A stretch of 64,000 nucleotides of DNA from an uncultured Alphaproteobacteria bacterium. Lineage in GTDB: Bacteria; Pseudomonadota; Alphaproteobacteria; RF32; CAG-239. The stretch's first letter is position 1. Each line of letters opens with the position of its first letter. The notes beneath the pieces are model-generated. The model saw nothing but the letters and a program-made list of their open reading frames with translations, did not search any database and was not told the DNA's origin. The stretch is taken from assembly GCA_910577205.1 (NCBI GenBank), contig CAJTMA010000007.1, forward strand, positions 5,373 through 69,372. Direction: 5' to 3'. Positions 28,457 to 39,095 of this stretch are shown here, piece after piece. Both the position numbers and the translations under genes were made by a program.

Positions 28457-29056
28457 TTATACTCTTTTTTGCAATCTTGCTGGAACACCATAATAAATTC
28501 CCGGTTCAATCAAATCAGACACTACAACTGAACCAGCACCTATAATTACGTTATCACCTACGTTTATATCCGGCTTAATTGTTGTTCCTGCTCCAACGAG
28601 AACATTGCTGCCTATGCGGCATTTTCCACAAATTGTGCTATTAGGAGCGATATGCGTATAGTCACCAACAATTACCTGATGTTCAACAACAGCTCCGGTA
28701 TTTATGATGCAGCCTTTTCCGATTTGGGTTTCAACAGCGCAATAAGCGTTATGCGCGATAAAGCTTCCCTCACCTATTTGGCAACTGTCAGAAATATACG
28801 CATCTGGTGCAATGATTGTGACACTATTTAATGCACCGTAATCTGCTCTGGTCTGATTATCTCCTGAAGCGACATGAACAGCAGAAATATCTTCCAGCAG
28901 TTCAGTAATAACCGGAAAACCAAGAACTGTTTCACCAGGACGCCCGTATTTATCAACAAAGACTATCGATTTTGCACCGTTTGAGATTAAGACATCTGCG
29001 ACACTTCGCGCATGACCGCCACAACCAATTATGTAAGCTGTTTCAGATTGTTTCAT
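28457..29056 (-). CDS. NeuD/PglD-family hexapeptide-repeat sugar N/O-acetyltransferase
   Basis: 199 aa. N-terminal Rossmann-like YIIGCGGHARSV followed by left-handed beta-helix hexapeptide repeats. Confidence 0.7.
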   Translation of the reverse strand: MKQSETAYIIGCGGHARSVADVLISNGAKSIVFVDKYGRPGETVLGFPVITELLEDISAVHVASGDNQTRADYGALNSVTIIAPDAYISDSCQIGEGSFIAHNAYCAVETQIGKGCIINTGAVVEHQVIVGDYTHIAPNSTICGKCRIGSNVLVGAGTTIKPDINVGDNVIIGAGSVVVSDLIEPGIYYGVPARLQKRV

Positions 29057-29148
29057 TTATAGGGACTCCTTTTTGTCAAATCAGCCCCTATAAAATATAA
29101 AAATAAGCACTTACAAACAACAATTAAATAAAGAATATCCCCGTTATC

Positions 29149-30282
29149 TTAAACTTCCTTTATCAAATTTGCTAAATAGTTTCCTAAGGTTTCCATATTG
29201 GTTTGACTTTTAGCAATCAAGTCGCGAACGGGAATGGGCATATAAGCTTTAGCGACAATCGAACGCATTTGGGCACAAAGGTCTTGAGCATCTCCTGCAC
29301 GAAAATAGAGGATACGATCATAGACAACACCAAGGTTGGTTTTAATATCTGAAACGACAACAGGCACACCTAAAGCTGCGGCATCATAAACAGAACCTCC
29401 GCCTGGTCCGCCTTCAAACAGGGTTGTCTGAATGACAGCTGTTGCCCCTTTCATAATTTGCAATTGTTCTTCTTTGGGAATTAAGCCTAAGAATCTGACT
29501 TTATCTTCAATATTCAGCTCTTTTAGCAAATCTTTCAGTTCCCTGATATATTCCGGCCGGCGTCCGTCTTCCATTGCCCCGGTGAAGATAAATTCCATAT
29601 CTGCATCTGTTTTTAAATACTCGGCAAATGCACGAAAAGCTGTCGGATGGTCTTTATGAATCCAAAACTGGTTAGACATCATAAAATAACGCTTGGGAAG
29701 ATGATATTTTTTTATTTGCCGAGAATAATCTTTGTAATAGCATAAATCAATCTTCGGTGTATAAGGCAATACACAGATTTTCTCCGGAGAAGCCTTAAAA
29801 AATTTTATCAAATCATCTTTTACAGTTTCGGCATTAACGATAATTTTCTGCTGACAATCGACCACATTCTGAAAATAGGCATCTCGGGCTTTAATCTCAT
29901 CATCAGAAAAAAATTCCGGCAAATAACAATGCTGGCAATCATAGAGATAGGCAATAGTCTTGATATCGAGCAGCTTTGTTCCCATATAAGGTAAAACGAC
30001 ATCTAGATTATTTTTCAAAAACGCGCTAGCAAGAGATGAGAAATAAATAAATTTAATATTTTTAAATTCTTTAAAAATGCTTTTAGCTTGCCGTATTTCA
30101 CGCTGCTTAACAAAAAAACGTTTTATTCCCTTGAAATTCCGATAATTAATTACATCAAGCATAATAAATAATTCTAACTGTTGTTTTTTGGCAACACTTT
30201 GCAGAGAAAAAATAATATGTTTCAAAAAATCATTGGCACCGGAAAGGCCGGTAAAATTTTGCGTCAAAATGCCAACACGCAT
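29149..30282 (-). CDS. glycosyltransferase (GT1/GT4-like, GT-B fold)
   Basis: 377 aa. C-terminal E-x7-E-like region TTLFEGGPGGGSVYDAAALGVPVVVSD. Confidence 0.55.
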   Translation of the reverse strand: MRVGILTQNFTGLSGANDFLKHIIFSLQSVAKKQQLELFIMLDVINYRNFKGIKRFFVKQREIRQAKSIFKEFKNIKFIYFSSLASAFLKNNLDVVLPYMGTKLLDIKTIAYLYDCQHCYLPEFFSDDEIKARDAYFQNVVDCQQKIIVNAETVKDDLIKFFKASPEKICVLPYTPKIDLCYYKDYSRQIKKYHLPKRYFMMSNQFWIHKDHPTAFRAFAEYLKTDADMEFIFTGAMEDGRRPEYIRELKDLLKELNIEDKVRFLGLIPKEEQLQIMKGATAVIQTTLFEGGPGGGSVYDAAALGVPVVVSDIKTNLGVVYDRILYFRAGDAQDLCAQMRSIVAKAYMPIPVRDLIAKSQTNMETLGNYLANLIKEV

Positions 30283-30292
30283 TTCATATCTC

Positions 30293-30757
30293 CTATAGTC
30301 TTTTTATGCAAGATAAACGATCCGTTACAAAACCTAATTTTTGATACAGGGAAACTGCAGTTTTATTATCTGCCGACACATCAAGCGATATCTCGGCAAT
30401 TTGTAACTCTGCGGCCAAATCCATTACCGCTGCCATTAATTGTTTTCCTAATCCTTTGCCCGAAAATTCAGGAAGAACAGCAATATGGTTTAGATGTAAA
30501 CGCATTATCCCAAAACAATCTTTGGGGTAGACATAAGCCAAGCCGAGCATTTCCCCTGCGTCAAATAAGCCGAAAACAACAGCTTCTCCGGCGTTCAGAA
30601 AATCTGCGCATTGCTTTACTTTGTCCGCAATGAATTCGTTAGAAAAGACAGCGGCAGGAAATGAATGTTGAAAAGACTCTAAAAAAAGTTCCCTTATTGT
30701 TTCATCATAAACAGAAAAATCTTCTGATTTCAATTTTCTGATATTTATACCAGTCAT
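30293..30757 (-). CDS. GNAT-family N-acetyltransferase
   Basis: 154 aa. Acetyl-CoA binding motif VLPEFSGKGLGKQLM. Confidence 0.7.
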   Translation of the reverse strand: MTGINIRKLKSEDFSVYDETIRELFLESFQHSFPAAVFSNEFIADKVKQCADFLNAGEAVVFGLFDAGEMLGLAYVYPKDCFGIMRLHLNHIAVLPEFSGKGLGKQLMAAVMDLAAELQIAEISLDVSADNKTAVSLYQKLGFVTDRLSCIKRL

Positions 30758-31458
30758 ACCAGCTTTCCTTTGGTAACCATATTTTTGACGGTGTCAACAT
30801 CATTAAACATCAGCACATCGATAATTGACAAGAACGGAACAAACTCTTTCCCAAATTGGGGATAGGCTTCTATTTCTTTTTCTAAGAATTTTAAAGTTAA
30901 ATTTTGCGCCGCAAAATCTTCTCGGTTATAGAGATGCTGCCCGTTTATGTTGTTAATGTATGTTTCCCCATTTAATTTTTGGGTGATGTCAATGATTTTG
31001 CTTTGAGCATTAACATCACGGTTATAATCAATATCTGATGAAAACAACAATTCCGTAGTTATTCCCAGACGGGCGTTAAGGTGTCTGAGGCTATACTCAA
31101 TTAATTTCGGAACATTTCGGTTATCATAATTGACGACATCTTCAATGAGCGAAAATGTTTCCTTAAAATACGGCGCATGGCGATAGGCATTGGCAATCTT
31201 ATTTAAGTAGTCAGCTTTAAGCTCCGGATTTGACGTAAACGACACTTGGTTGATTAAATCCCGAGAGCCATGCTTATCGACAGCCAACGTTACTTTCGTT
31301 TCTTCACCATTTTGCAAAATCGTATGGCGATTAATCCAGCCTCTTATCCATTGAACATCATCATAAAGAACATATACATCCACTGCATTTATCAGTTGAA
31401 AGTAGCCAATATAAGGAAAAAGATATGGCTGCATTACGGCAATTTTTTTATTTGGCAT
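30754..31458 (-). CDS. WbqC-family protein (O-antigen sugar modification)
   Basis: 234 aa. N-terminal IAVMQPYLFPYIGYFQLI is characteristic of WbqC-like proteins. Confidence 0.65.
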   Translation of the reverse strand: MPNKKIAVMQPYLFPYIGYFQLINAVDVYVLYDDVQWIRGWINRHTILQNGEETKVTLAVDKHGSRDLINQVSFTSNPELKADYLNKIANAYRHAPYFKETFSLIEDVVNYDNRNVPKLIEYSLRHLNARLGITTELLFSSDIDYNRDVNAQSKIIDITQKLNGETYINNINGQHLYNREDFAAQNLTLKFLEKEIEAYPQFGKEFVPFLSIIDVLMFNDVDTVKNMVTKGKLV

Positions 31459-32542
31459 AAAATTCTCCTATTTTAGCGCAAATATAATCCACGTCTTTTT
31501 CTTCCAATGCCGGATAGGAGGGCAGATTAATACCGCGCAACGCAATATCTTCAGCTACGGCATGGCGTTCATATTTCTGCGCATAGACCGGCATGGTGTG
31601 AATCGGGTAAAATGTCGGACGGGTTTCAATTCCCTGCTCTTTCAGATAATTACGCAGTTCTTCGCGCTCGCTTTCACTATCGGCCAGAATTGAGCACATC
31701 CACCATGTATGGCGAACCTTGCCGACAGCGTCATGGAATTTGACCGGAAGATTTTTTAATTTTTCTTTATACCATTTGGCAACATTTTGCTTGCGGGCAA
31801 TAAAATCTTCCACCTGCTCAAACTGAGCCAAGCCAATGGCAGCCTGAATATTAGTCATCCGGTAATTATAGCCCATGGTATCATGCCAATATTCCCGATA
31901 TTTGGCCAAGCCCTGTCCTTTGAAATGCACCAAACGACCATACAAATAATCACTATTGGTTAAAACCATGCCGCCCTCACCGCAAGTAATGGTTTTATTG
32001 CCAAAGAATGAGAAGCAGGCGACATCGCCGAAAGAACCGACTTTTTTGCCTTTATATTCCGAGCCAATAGCCTCGGCGCAATCTTCAATAACAAAGAGAT
32101 TATGTTCTTTGGCAATAGCCATAATTGTATCCATATCGCAGGGATGCCCATAGAGGTGGACAACCATAATCGCTTTGGTTTTCGGCGTAATTTTGGCTTT
32201 GACATCTTCCGCATCCAACTGCCAAGTATCCGCCCGGCTGTCAGCAAAGACAGGCGTTGCGCCGACTTGCAAAATCGGATTAGCGGAGGCTATGTAGGTA
32301 AATGTCGGCACAATAACCTCATCCCCTTCTCCCAAACCCAGAGCAACCAAAGCCAAGTGAATGGCAACCGTTCCGTTGCACACGCCGGTGCCGTGTTTGA
32401 CGTCGATATAACCAGAAAAGGCTTTTTCAAAATCATTGACGAATTTTCCCTTTGATGAAATCCATGTTGAATCAAGGCATTCGTTCACATACTTTTTTTC
32501 ATTTCCGGTCAAGCTCGGCTGATAAACGGCATATTTATACAT
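31448..32542 (-). CDS. DegT/DnrJ/EryC1/StrS-family PLP-dependent sugar aminotransferase
   Basis: 364 aa. Fold-type I aminotransferase pattern with the FSFFGNKTITCGEGG (active-site Lys) region. Confidence 0.85.
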   Translation of the reverse strand: MYKYAVYQPSLTGNEKKYVNECLDSTWISSKGKFVNDFEKAFSGYIDVKHGTGVCNGTVAIHLALVALGLGEGDEVIVPTFTYIASANPILQVGATPVFADSRADTWQLDAEDVKAKITPKTKAIMVVHLYGHPCDMDTIMAIAKEHNLFVIEDCAEAIGSEYKGKKVGSFGDVACFSFFGNKTITCGEGGMVLTNSDYLYGRLVHFKGQGLAKYREYWHDTMGYNYRMTNIQAAIGLAQFEQVEDFIARKQNVAKWYKEKLKNLPVKFHDAVGKVRHTWWMCSILADSESEREELRNYLKEQGIETRPTFYPIHTMPVYAQKYERHAVAEDIALRGINLPSYPALEEKDVDYICAKIGEFYAK

Positions 32543-32600
32543 TCAGATATTCCTCCTAAAAGCTATACTATAAAAAAGCAGGATCAGTTTTTATCATCTA

Positions 32601-33434
32601 TCAGCCCCTTACCTTTAATGCCGGAATGAAACCGAAGAGATAATGACGAGATGTTTTATTAAAAGATATAATTCTCCATATCAAAAGCCCACAGAAATAA
32701 TAAGATTTGATTTTATGTGCAAGATTAATATGCTTTTTATAGATTGCAGAATGATCTTTTGCTTGACGGTCCTTATATTTTCGATTAGTGCTTAAACCAC
32801 CGAGTTCAAAATTAGCTATTATTTCATTCAAGTAAGAAACTTTTTTACCTGCAAACTTCCAAGCCCTAATATTGAATTCATAGTCAGCATAAATCGGATA
32901 TGCTAAATCATACCCTCCTAATTTTTCAAAAATTTTTTTATGATAAAAAATAACCTGATGGCAAATACCTTTACGAAATACACTTTTAGCATTTTGAGCA
33001 TAGCCATAGTAATTAACTGTATTACCTTCATGGTAATCACTTGTATCCTCTCCGCTTTCCGGATTTAGAAAAAAGATATCTCCGAAAACAATCAACGGCT
33101 GGGTCTCATTAAACCTATCAACCACTTTTTGGCAAACATCATCTGAATAAAAGCTATCATTAGAATTTAAAAAGTATATAATATCGCCGTGTGCTGCTTT
33201 AATACCTTTATTCATAGCATCATAGACACCCTTATCTGGCTCCGAAACCAAATAACCTAAAAGAGCCTCATACTCTTGAAATATTTTAACAGTATCATCG
33301 TTTGAACCGCCATCGACAGCAATAACTTCAATATTCTGATAGGTTTGCGATTTAATACTCTCCAAAGTTTTTCGCAAAGTAACTGCCGAATTCTTGGTTA
33401 CAACAATAATTGAGATTAAAGGATTATGCTTCAT
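32601..33434 (-). CDS. family 2 glycosyltransferase
   Basis: 277 aa. ISIIVVTKNSAVTLRKTLESIKSQTY...AVDGGSNDDT and a DxD region. Confidence 0.75.
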   Translation of the reverse strand: MKHNPLISIIVVTKNSAVTLRKTLESIKSQTYQNIEVIAVDGGSNDDTVKIFQEYEALLGYLVSEPDKGVYDAMNKGIKAAHGDIIYFLNSNDSFYSDDVCQKVVDRFNETQPLIVFGDIFFLNPESGEDTSDYHEGNTVNYYGYAQNAKSVFRKGICHQVIFYHKKIFEKLGGYDLAYPIYADYEFNIRAWKFAGKKVSYLNEIIANFELGGLSTNRKYKDRQAKDHSAIYKKHINLAHKIKSYYFCGLLIWRIISFNKTSRHYLFGFIPALKVRG

Positions 33435-34489
33435 TGTTTAATATACCATTCATAAAAGTCTTTGATACCTTGTTTGAGGGGGATTTTGGGTGTCCAGCCC
33501 AGAGATTTAATACGGGTAGCATCCATCATTTTGCGCGGTGTGCCGTTTGGTTTGGAAGTGTCATATTCCAGTTTTCCGGCAAAGCCCGTGGCTTCTTTAA
33601 CGATTTCAAACAAGTCTTTTAACTGAATATCATCCCCATTGGTGATATTGACGTGTTCTCCGATATCCTCATAGTCTTTATTTTCCATCAGGTAGACACA
33701 GGCATCAGCCAAATCGTCAGAGCTCATCAATTCACGATAAACAGAACCATCTCCCCAGAGAACAACCTTGTCCCGGAAAGCACCAACTTGATTCAAAGCC
33801 CATTCAAGCGAAGCATTATCGGTATAATTAACTTTCTCATCCAATCCCCAGCCTAATTTATATTTCTGCAAATCGGTGCGGATAGCTTCAAAATTATTTT
33901 CAGACAGCAGCTTAGCTAAATGGAAACGGCGCATAATCATCGGCAGCAAGTGTGCGGTTTCCATATTAAAATTATCGCCAATACCATATTGGTTTGTCGG
34001 CATAACCGAAATATAATTTGTGCCATATTGTTCATTGTAATAACGGCACATTTTTATTGCGGCAATTTTAGCCAAAGCATAAGCTTCATTGGTTTTTTCT
34101 AATTCCGAAGTGAGGAGGCAATCCTCTTTCATCGGCTGCGGCGCCAAACGCGGATAAATACAGGATGACCCCAAGTTCAAAAGTTTTTTAACCCCGGTGA
34201 GGTAAGAACTGTGAATAACGTTAGCATCTATCATCAAGTTTTGATAAATAAATTCCGCCGGATAGGTTTGGTTAGCCATAATCCCGCCGACTTTAGCCGC
34301 GGCCAGAAAGACGTAATCAGGTTTTTCTGCTTCAAAAAATGCTAATGTCGCCGCCTGATTGGTTAAATCCAATTCCTGAGAACTGCGGGTTATGATATTG
34401 GCATAACCCTTTTCTTTCAGTTTACGAACGATTGCCGAACCTACTAACCCTCTGTGGCCGGATACATAAATCTTCGCATCCTTTTCCAT
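33431..34489 (-). CDS. fcl: GDP-L-fucose synthase (GDP-4-keto-6-deoxy-D-mannose 3,5-epimerase/4-reductase)
   Basis: 352 aa. KIYVSGHRGLVGSAIVRKL Rossmann motif and YxxxK. Adjacent to gmd. Confidence 0.85.
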   Translation of the reverse strand: MEKDAKIYVSGHRGLVGSAIVRKLKEKGYANIITRSSQELDLTNQAATLAFFEAEKPDYVFLAAAKVGGIMANQTYPAEFIYQNLMIDANVIHSSYLTGVKKLLNLGSSCIYPRLAPQPMKEDCLLTSELEKTNEAYALAKIAAIKMCRYYNEQYGTNYISVMPTNQYGIGDNFNMETAHLLPMIMRRFHLAKLLSENNFEAIRTDLQKYKLGWGLDEKVNYTDNASLEWALNQVGAFRDKVVLWGDGSVYRELMSSDDLADACVYLMENKDYEDIGEHVNITNGDDIQLKDLFEIVKEATGFAGKLEYDTSKPNGTPRKMMDATRIKSLGWTPKIPLKQGIKDFYEWYIKQ

Positions 34490-34492
34490 GAT

Positions 34493-35560
34493 TTAAGCCT
34501 CTCTGGGGGTTAAAGTTTCATAACCGTTATCGTTCAAAAGCTTTTCTTTCTTGGCCAGCTTCAAATCTTCGGCAACCATTTCTTTAACCAAAGCGGCTAA
34601 ATCATAATTAGGTTTCCAACCCAGTTTTGTTCTGGCTTTGGTACTGTCGCCTAAAAGGAGTTCTACTTCGGCCGGGCGGAAGAAGCGCGGATCAACTTCA
34701 ACCAACACTCTGCCGCTCTGCTTATCAATACCTTTTTCATTAACGCCTTCGCCCTGCCATTCAATATCAATGCCCAATTCTTTGAAAGTCATGCTTACAA
34801 AGTCACGGATTGAAGTGGTCGTGCCGGTCGCCAAAACATAATCTTCGGGTTTGTCCTGCTGCAATATCCGCCACATTCCTTCAACATAGTCTTTCGCGTG
34901 ACCCCAGTCGCGTTTGGCGCTTAAATTGCCAAGGTATAACTTATCCTGCATTCCTAAAGAAATGCGGGAGGCGGCCATGGTAATTTTACGGGTTACGAAA
35001 GTTTCGCCACGACGCGGGCTTTCATGGTTAAACAAAATGCCGTTAGAGGCAAAAATACCAAAGCTTTCGCGGTAATTGACGCAAATCCAATAAGCATAAA
35101 GTTTAGCTACGGCATAAGGCGACCGCGGATAAAACGGGGTGGTTTCGGACTGTATCGGCTCTTGTATCAAACCATATAATTCGGAAGTCGACGCCTGATA
35201 AAACTTTGTCTTTTTTTCCAAACCGCAAACGCGAATGGCCTCTAACAAACGCAATGTGCCAAGCGCATCCGTATCTGCAGTATATTCCGGGCAATCCCAA
35301 GAAACTTTAACGTGCGACTGCGCAGCCAGATTATAGACTTCATCAGGCTCAACTTCTTTTATCAGGCGGATAAGGTTAGAACTGTCAGTTAAATCACCGT
35401 CATGCAGCTTTATTTTTCCGGCAAGGTGGTCAATTCTCCCGGTGTTAAAGAGTGACGACCGGCGTTTTATGCCATGAACTTCATAGCCTTTTTCCAGCAA
35501 AAGCTCTGCCAAATATGATCCGTCTTGTCCTGTAATACCTGTAATTAATGCTTTTTTCAT
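34493..35560 (-). CDS. gmd: GDP-mannose 4,6-dehydratase
   Basis: 355 aa. [19 protein letters not shown] and the conserved SDR extended-family motifs. Confidence 0.9.
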   Translation of the reverse strand: MKKALITGITGQDGSYLAELLLEKGYEVHGIKRRSSLFNTGRIDHLAGKIKLHDGDLTDSSNLIRLIKEVEPDEVYNLAAQSHVKVSWDCPEYTADTDALGTLRLLEAIRVCGLEKKTKFYQASTSELYGLIQEPIQSETTPFYPRSPYAVAKLYAYWICVNYRESFGIFASNGILFNHESPRRGETFVTRKITMAASRISLGMQDKLYLGNLSAKRDWGHAKDYVEGMWRILQQDKPEDYVLATGTTTSIRDFVSMTFKELGIDIEWQGEGVNEKGIDKQSGRVLVEVDPRFFRPAEVELLLGDSTKARTKLGWKPNYDLAALVKEMVAEDLKLAKKEKLLNDNGYETLTPREA

Positions 35561-36483
35561 TACTTGTCCTCGTTAATTAAGTTAATTCCCATGATACGGA
35601 TGACGCGGCGGCCTTTCCGTAAACGAAAAGTCAACAGCCAATGGCGAAGCTGTTTCAGTTTCTCATAATGTTTCCAATAAAAAAGATATTTGTGTTTGTT
35701 CGGCAGAGAGGTTCGGCTTAAAATTTTAAGCAGCAAACCAAGCGGCATCTTGCGATTATCTTCGATTTCCTGTGCCAGTTCTTTGCTACAGCCATAAACT
35801 TCTCGTTTGACTTCAACACTCTCTGCATTCAACATATCCATATGTGTGCCTGACAAACCGTCTTTGCCGAAAACAGCATAAGATACCGGCACTTTTACAA
35901 AAGAAGCCCCTTTTAACAAACTGCGCAGAATGAAATCATAGTCCGCAGAGATTTTATATTTGATGTTGTGCAATCCGACACGTTCAAACAGGCTGCGTTT
36001 AAACACCATTCCCTGATGGCAGCAAGCCATAGCGCCGAATATGGTTCGAAAATCCATATCTTTTTCATCATTGCCTATGATTTTTCCGCCTTTTTCATAA
36101 CTGACGGGAGAATATGAGAAATCCGCCCGACTGTGACGCAAGGCTTTTACGGCCTCTGCCAAACCAGCCGGATTATTCAGATAGTCGTCAGAATTAATGA
36201 AGCAGACATATTCACCCTGAGCCTTTGCAATACCGCGATTAAACGCATCATAAATTCCTTTGTCCGGCTCAGAGAATATTTTTATCCAACCCTGATTTTC
36301 ATAGGATTTAAGAAAATCAAGCGTTCCATCCGTCGAAGCGCCGTCAATTACCAAGTGTTCGATACGGACATCTTGCTGACTGCGAATACTCTCCAGGCAA
36401 CGGAGCATTTGCTCCCGCCGCCCGCTAGACAACAGGTTAAACGATGCGGTAATCACACTGACATCAAATGGCTTAGGCATCAA
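35560..36483 (-). CDS. family 2 glycosyltransferase
   Basis: 307 aa. VSVITASFN...SIRSQQ...DGASTDGT and a DxD region. Confidence 0.75.
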   Translation of the reverse strand: MMPKPFDVSVITASFNLLSSGRREQMLRCLESIRSQQDVRIEHLVIDGASTDGTLDFLKSYENQGWIKIFSEPDKGIYDAFNRGIAKAQGEYVCFINSDDYLNNPAGLAEAVKALRHSRADFSYSPVSYEKGGKIIGNDEKDMDFRTIFGAMACCHQGMVFKRSLFERVGLHNIKYKISADYDFILRSLLKGASFVKVPVSYAVFGKDGLSGTHMDMLNAESVEVKREVYGCSKELAQEIEDNRKMPLGLLLKILSRTSLPNKHKYLFYWKHYEKLKQLRHWLLTFRLRKGRRVIRIMGINLINEDK

Positions 36484-36957
36484 TCAAGCTTCCTTTTTCC
36501 ATTCAGCCAGAATCCATGAAGATGAATTAGCCTTATTTTCACCGCCGACACCAAACGCTAAACTAACATTTAACTTTTGGCAAACCGCAGATTCCGGAAT
36601 ATTATCTTTGGTGCGATCACCGCCATTGGCAAAAACCAAGACGCTGTCTTTATATTTCTCGCGGGCGCGGCTAATGCCGTCACTGGCGGAGTTATCATCA
36701 TCATTGAAAGCCAAAACATCCACAACGCCTTTCAGATTTTCGCAAATCACACGGCGGGTGTGAAAATTCATAAAATTTTTGCCTTTTTTGCGGCACAGCC
36801 ACTCATCTGAATTTAACAGCAGAATCACGCCGTCGCTGGCTGCCGCACTGGCGCGTATCATTTCAATATGACCCTCGTGTATCGGGTCAAAGCCGCCGCT
36901 TACTATGTAATATTTTTTAGCAGAAGCTGCGTCATTATTCTCAGGGTGACGATACAT
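36484..36957 (-). CDS. cytidylyltransferase-like nucleotidyltransferase (HldE domain II / glycerol-3-phosphate cytidylyltransferase-like)
   Basis: 157 aa. YIVSGGFDPIHEGHIEMI, the HxGH motif of the class-I aaRS-like NTase family. Confidence 0.6.
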   Translation of the reverse strand: MYRHPENNDAASAKKYYIVSGGFDPIHEGHIEMIRASAAASDGVILLLNSDEWLCRKKGKNFMNFHTRRVICENLKGVVDVLAFNDDDNSASDGISRAREKYKDSVLVFANGGDRTKDNIPESAVCQKLNVSLAFGVGGENKANSSSWILAEWKKEA

Positions 36958-37263
36958 ATCTGTTTTCCTCTTAACTATTACAAAAAACCACCCAAAGGGC
37001 GGCAGAGTTTTAAACAGGTATGCAATAAGATTAGGACGAATCCCACTTTAACAAGCTCTACATCAGAGCAATCAATTTTCTATCCGATTACAAAAGCCGT
37101 TCAAAGCTCCGGGCGGGATGCGCCCTAAACAGCAGGCTCATTCCCGCGGTTTGGACTAATAATAACGGAGGGGGCAAAGTTTTTCAAGCAAATTTTAGCA
37201 ATTATGCTATTAATCAGAGAAAAAATTTAAATATATCCATCTAATGGAAAAACTCTGGTTTTA

Positions 37264-39093
37264 CTATAAGTTTTCCAGCTTTTCAGAAAATTCCAGCCAA
37301 GCATCTTCCGCCGTCTGCAGCTGGACGGCAATATCCGACAGCTCCTTTTGAGCCTGAATGCTTTGTTCAACCGTCAAGGGCGTGTGAAAAAGGTTCTCCA
37401 GACGTTCCTTTTCAGCTGTGAGCCGCTGTATTTCCTTTTCCTGGCGGCGTATTCCACTTTGCAGCTGCTTTTTCTCCAAACGGGAATCGGTTTTGGAGAC
37501 CGATGGTTTTGGCTGGGCAACGACCGCAGGTTCTGCATTAAGAAGAAGATTTTTATAGTCTTCCAAATCGCCGTCATAGGGTTTACATAAACCGTTTTTA
37601 ACCAGCCACAAATCATCAGCGACCAGTTCAATCAAATGCAAATCATGGGTAATCAGAATGACCGAGCCGCGATAATCGTTCAGTGCTTTAATCAACGCCT
37701 CGCGGCCATCAATATCCAAATGGTTGGTCGGCTCGTCCAAGATGAGCAGCTGCGGCGCATTATACGTCATCGCCGCAAACAGCAGGCGCGCCTTTTCTCC
37801 GCCGGAAAGCTTGGCGATGACCGTCAGAGCCTTTTCCTGATTAAGGCCAAACCGGGCAAGATGCACCCGCACCTGCGTTTCGCTTTTATCCGGCAGCAGC
37901 GAAGACATAAATTCCGCGGCAGTTTGCTCCAGCGGCAATTCCTCAGCCTGATGCTGGGCAAAATAGCCGATTTTCAGTTTGGATGACACCCGGCGAGTAC
38001 CTGACAACAACGGCAAGCGTCCGGATATTACCTTTGCCAAAGTGGACTTACCATTGCCATTTGCGCCTAACAGGGCTATCCGGTCATTATCGACAATCTG
38101 TAAATTTAAGCGCCGCAGCACAGTTTTATCGTCATATCCGGCAGTGCCGTCTTCAACAGACAACAAGGGCGGCGGCAGTTCATTCGGTTCGGGAAAGTCA
38201 AAAGAGGTGGCGGCAGCATCTTCCAACAAGGTAACCGTTTCAAGCTTTTCAAGCATTTTTATGCGGCTTTGCGCCTGTTTGGCTTTGCTTGCCTTATAGC
38301 GAAAACGATCAACAAAAGACTGCAAATGACGGCGTTTTTCTTCCTGGCGTTCGGCTTGGCGCAGCAGGACTTCCTTTTGCATCGCGCGGGCAGAACGGAA
38401 AGCATCATAATTACCCGAGTAAGAAACTAATCTGCCGTTATCAAAATGGATAATATGATTGCACAGCAAATTGAGAATATTGCTGTCATGGCTGATTATC
38501 AGCAATGTGCCGCGATATTTGGCAAGGTGATTTTCCAGCCAGAGAGACGCTTCCAAATCAAGGTGGTTGGTTGGTTCATCCAACAGCAAAATATCTGACG
38601 GACGGAACAACGCCGCGGCCAAAGCCAAGCGCATCCGCCAGCCACCGGAAAACTCACAGACTTTCCGCGCCAAATCATCCGGAGCGAATCCCAAACCGTG
38701 TAAAATTTCTGCCGCCCGGGCTTCCGCCGAAGCCGCTCCGATAATATTCAGGCGTTCATGAATGGCGGCTAATTCAGCAGCGGCAGCTGTTTCAAGGCAC
38801 TTCAGCAAATCTGCGCGTTCTTTGTCTTGAGCTAAAACAAAATCCAGAATCGGCATATCCAGGCTGGCAGCGGAAAACTCCTGCTCGACAAAGACCACCT
38901 GATATCCGCTGGGGAAAAAGACACTGCCGGTTTCAGTTTCCAACTCGCCTTTAAGCACGCGGAATAAAGTGGATTTACCGCAGCCGTTAGCTCCAACCAC
39001 GCCAACTTTCCAACCATCAGAGATATGCGCTGAGGCATTCTCCAACAAAACTTTAGAGCCGATGCGGACGGTTATGTCATTAATGTCTATCAT
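37264..39093 (-). CDS. ABC-F family ATPase (Uup/YheS/EttA-like), two ABC domains plus a C-terminal coiled coil
   Basis: 609 aa. Two Walker A sites (GANGCGKST, GANGNGKST), two LSGG signatures, no TM domain. Confidence 0.85.
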   Translation of the reverse strand: MIDINDITVRIGSKVLLENASAHISDGWKVGVVGANGCGKSTLFRVLKGELETETGSVFFPSGYQVVFVEQEFSAASLDMPILDFVLAQDKERADLLKCLETAAAAELAAIHERLNIIGAASAEARAAEILHGLGFAPDDLARKVCEFSGGWRMRLALAAALFRPSDILLLDEPTNHLDLEASLWLENHLAKYRGTLLIISHDSNILNLLCNHIIHFDNGRLVSYSGNYDAFRSARAMQKEVLLRQAERQEEKRRHLQSFVDRFRYKASKAKQAQSRIKMLEKLETVTLLEDAAATSFDFPEPNELPPPLLSVEDGTAGYDDKTVLRRLNLQIVDNDRIALLGANGNGKSTLAKVISGRLPLLSGTRRVSSKLKIGYFAQHQAEELPLEQTAAEFMSSLLPDKSETQVRVHLARFGLNQEKALTVIAKLSGGEKARLLFAAMTYNAPQLLILDEPTNHLDIDGREALIKALNDYRGSVILITHDLHLIELVADDLWLVKNGLCKPYDGDLEDYKNLLLNAEPAVVAQPKPSVSKTDSRLEKKQLQSGIRRQEKEIQRLTAEKERLENLFHTPLTVEQSIQAQKELSDIAVQLQTAEDAWLEFSEKLENL

Positions 39094-39095
39094 CG

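Noticed and set aside
36958-37263. About 300 bp intergenic region between the ABC-F gene and the cytidylyltransferase-like gene, considered as a possible riboswitch or sRNA
   Set aside because: No conserved riboswitch core or convincing stable hairpin recognised by eye. Left unannotated.
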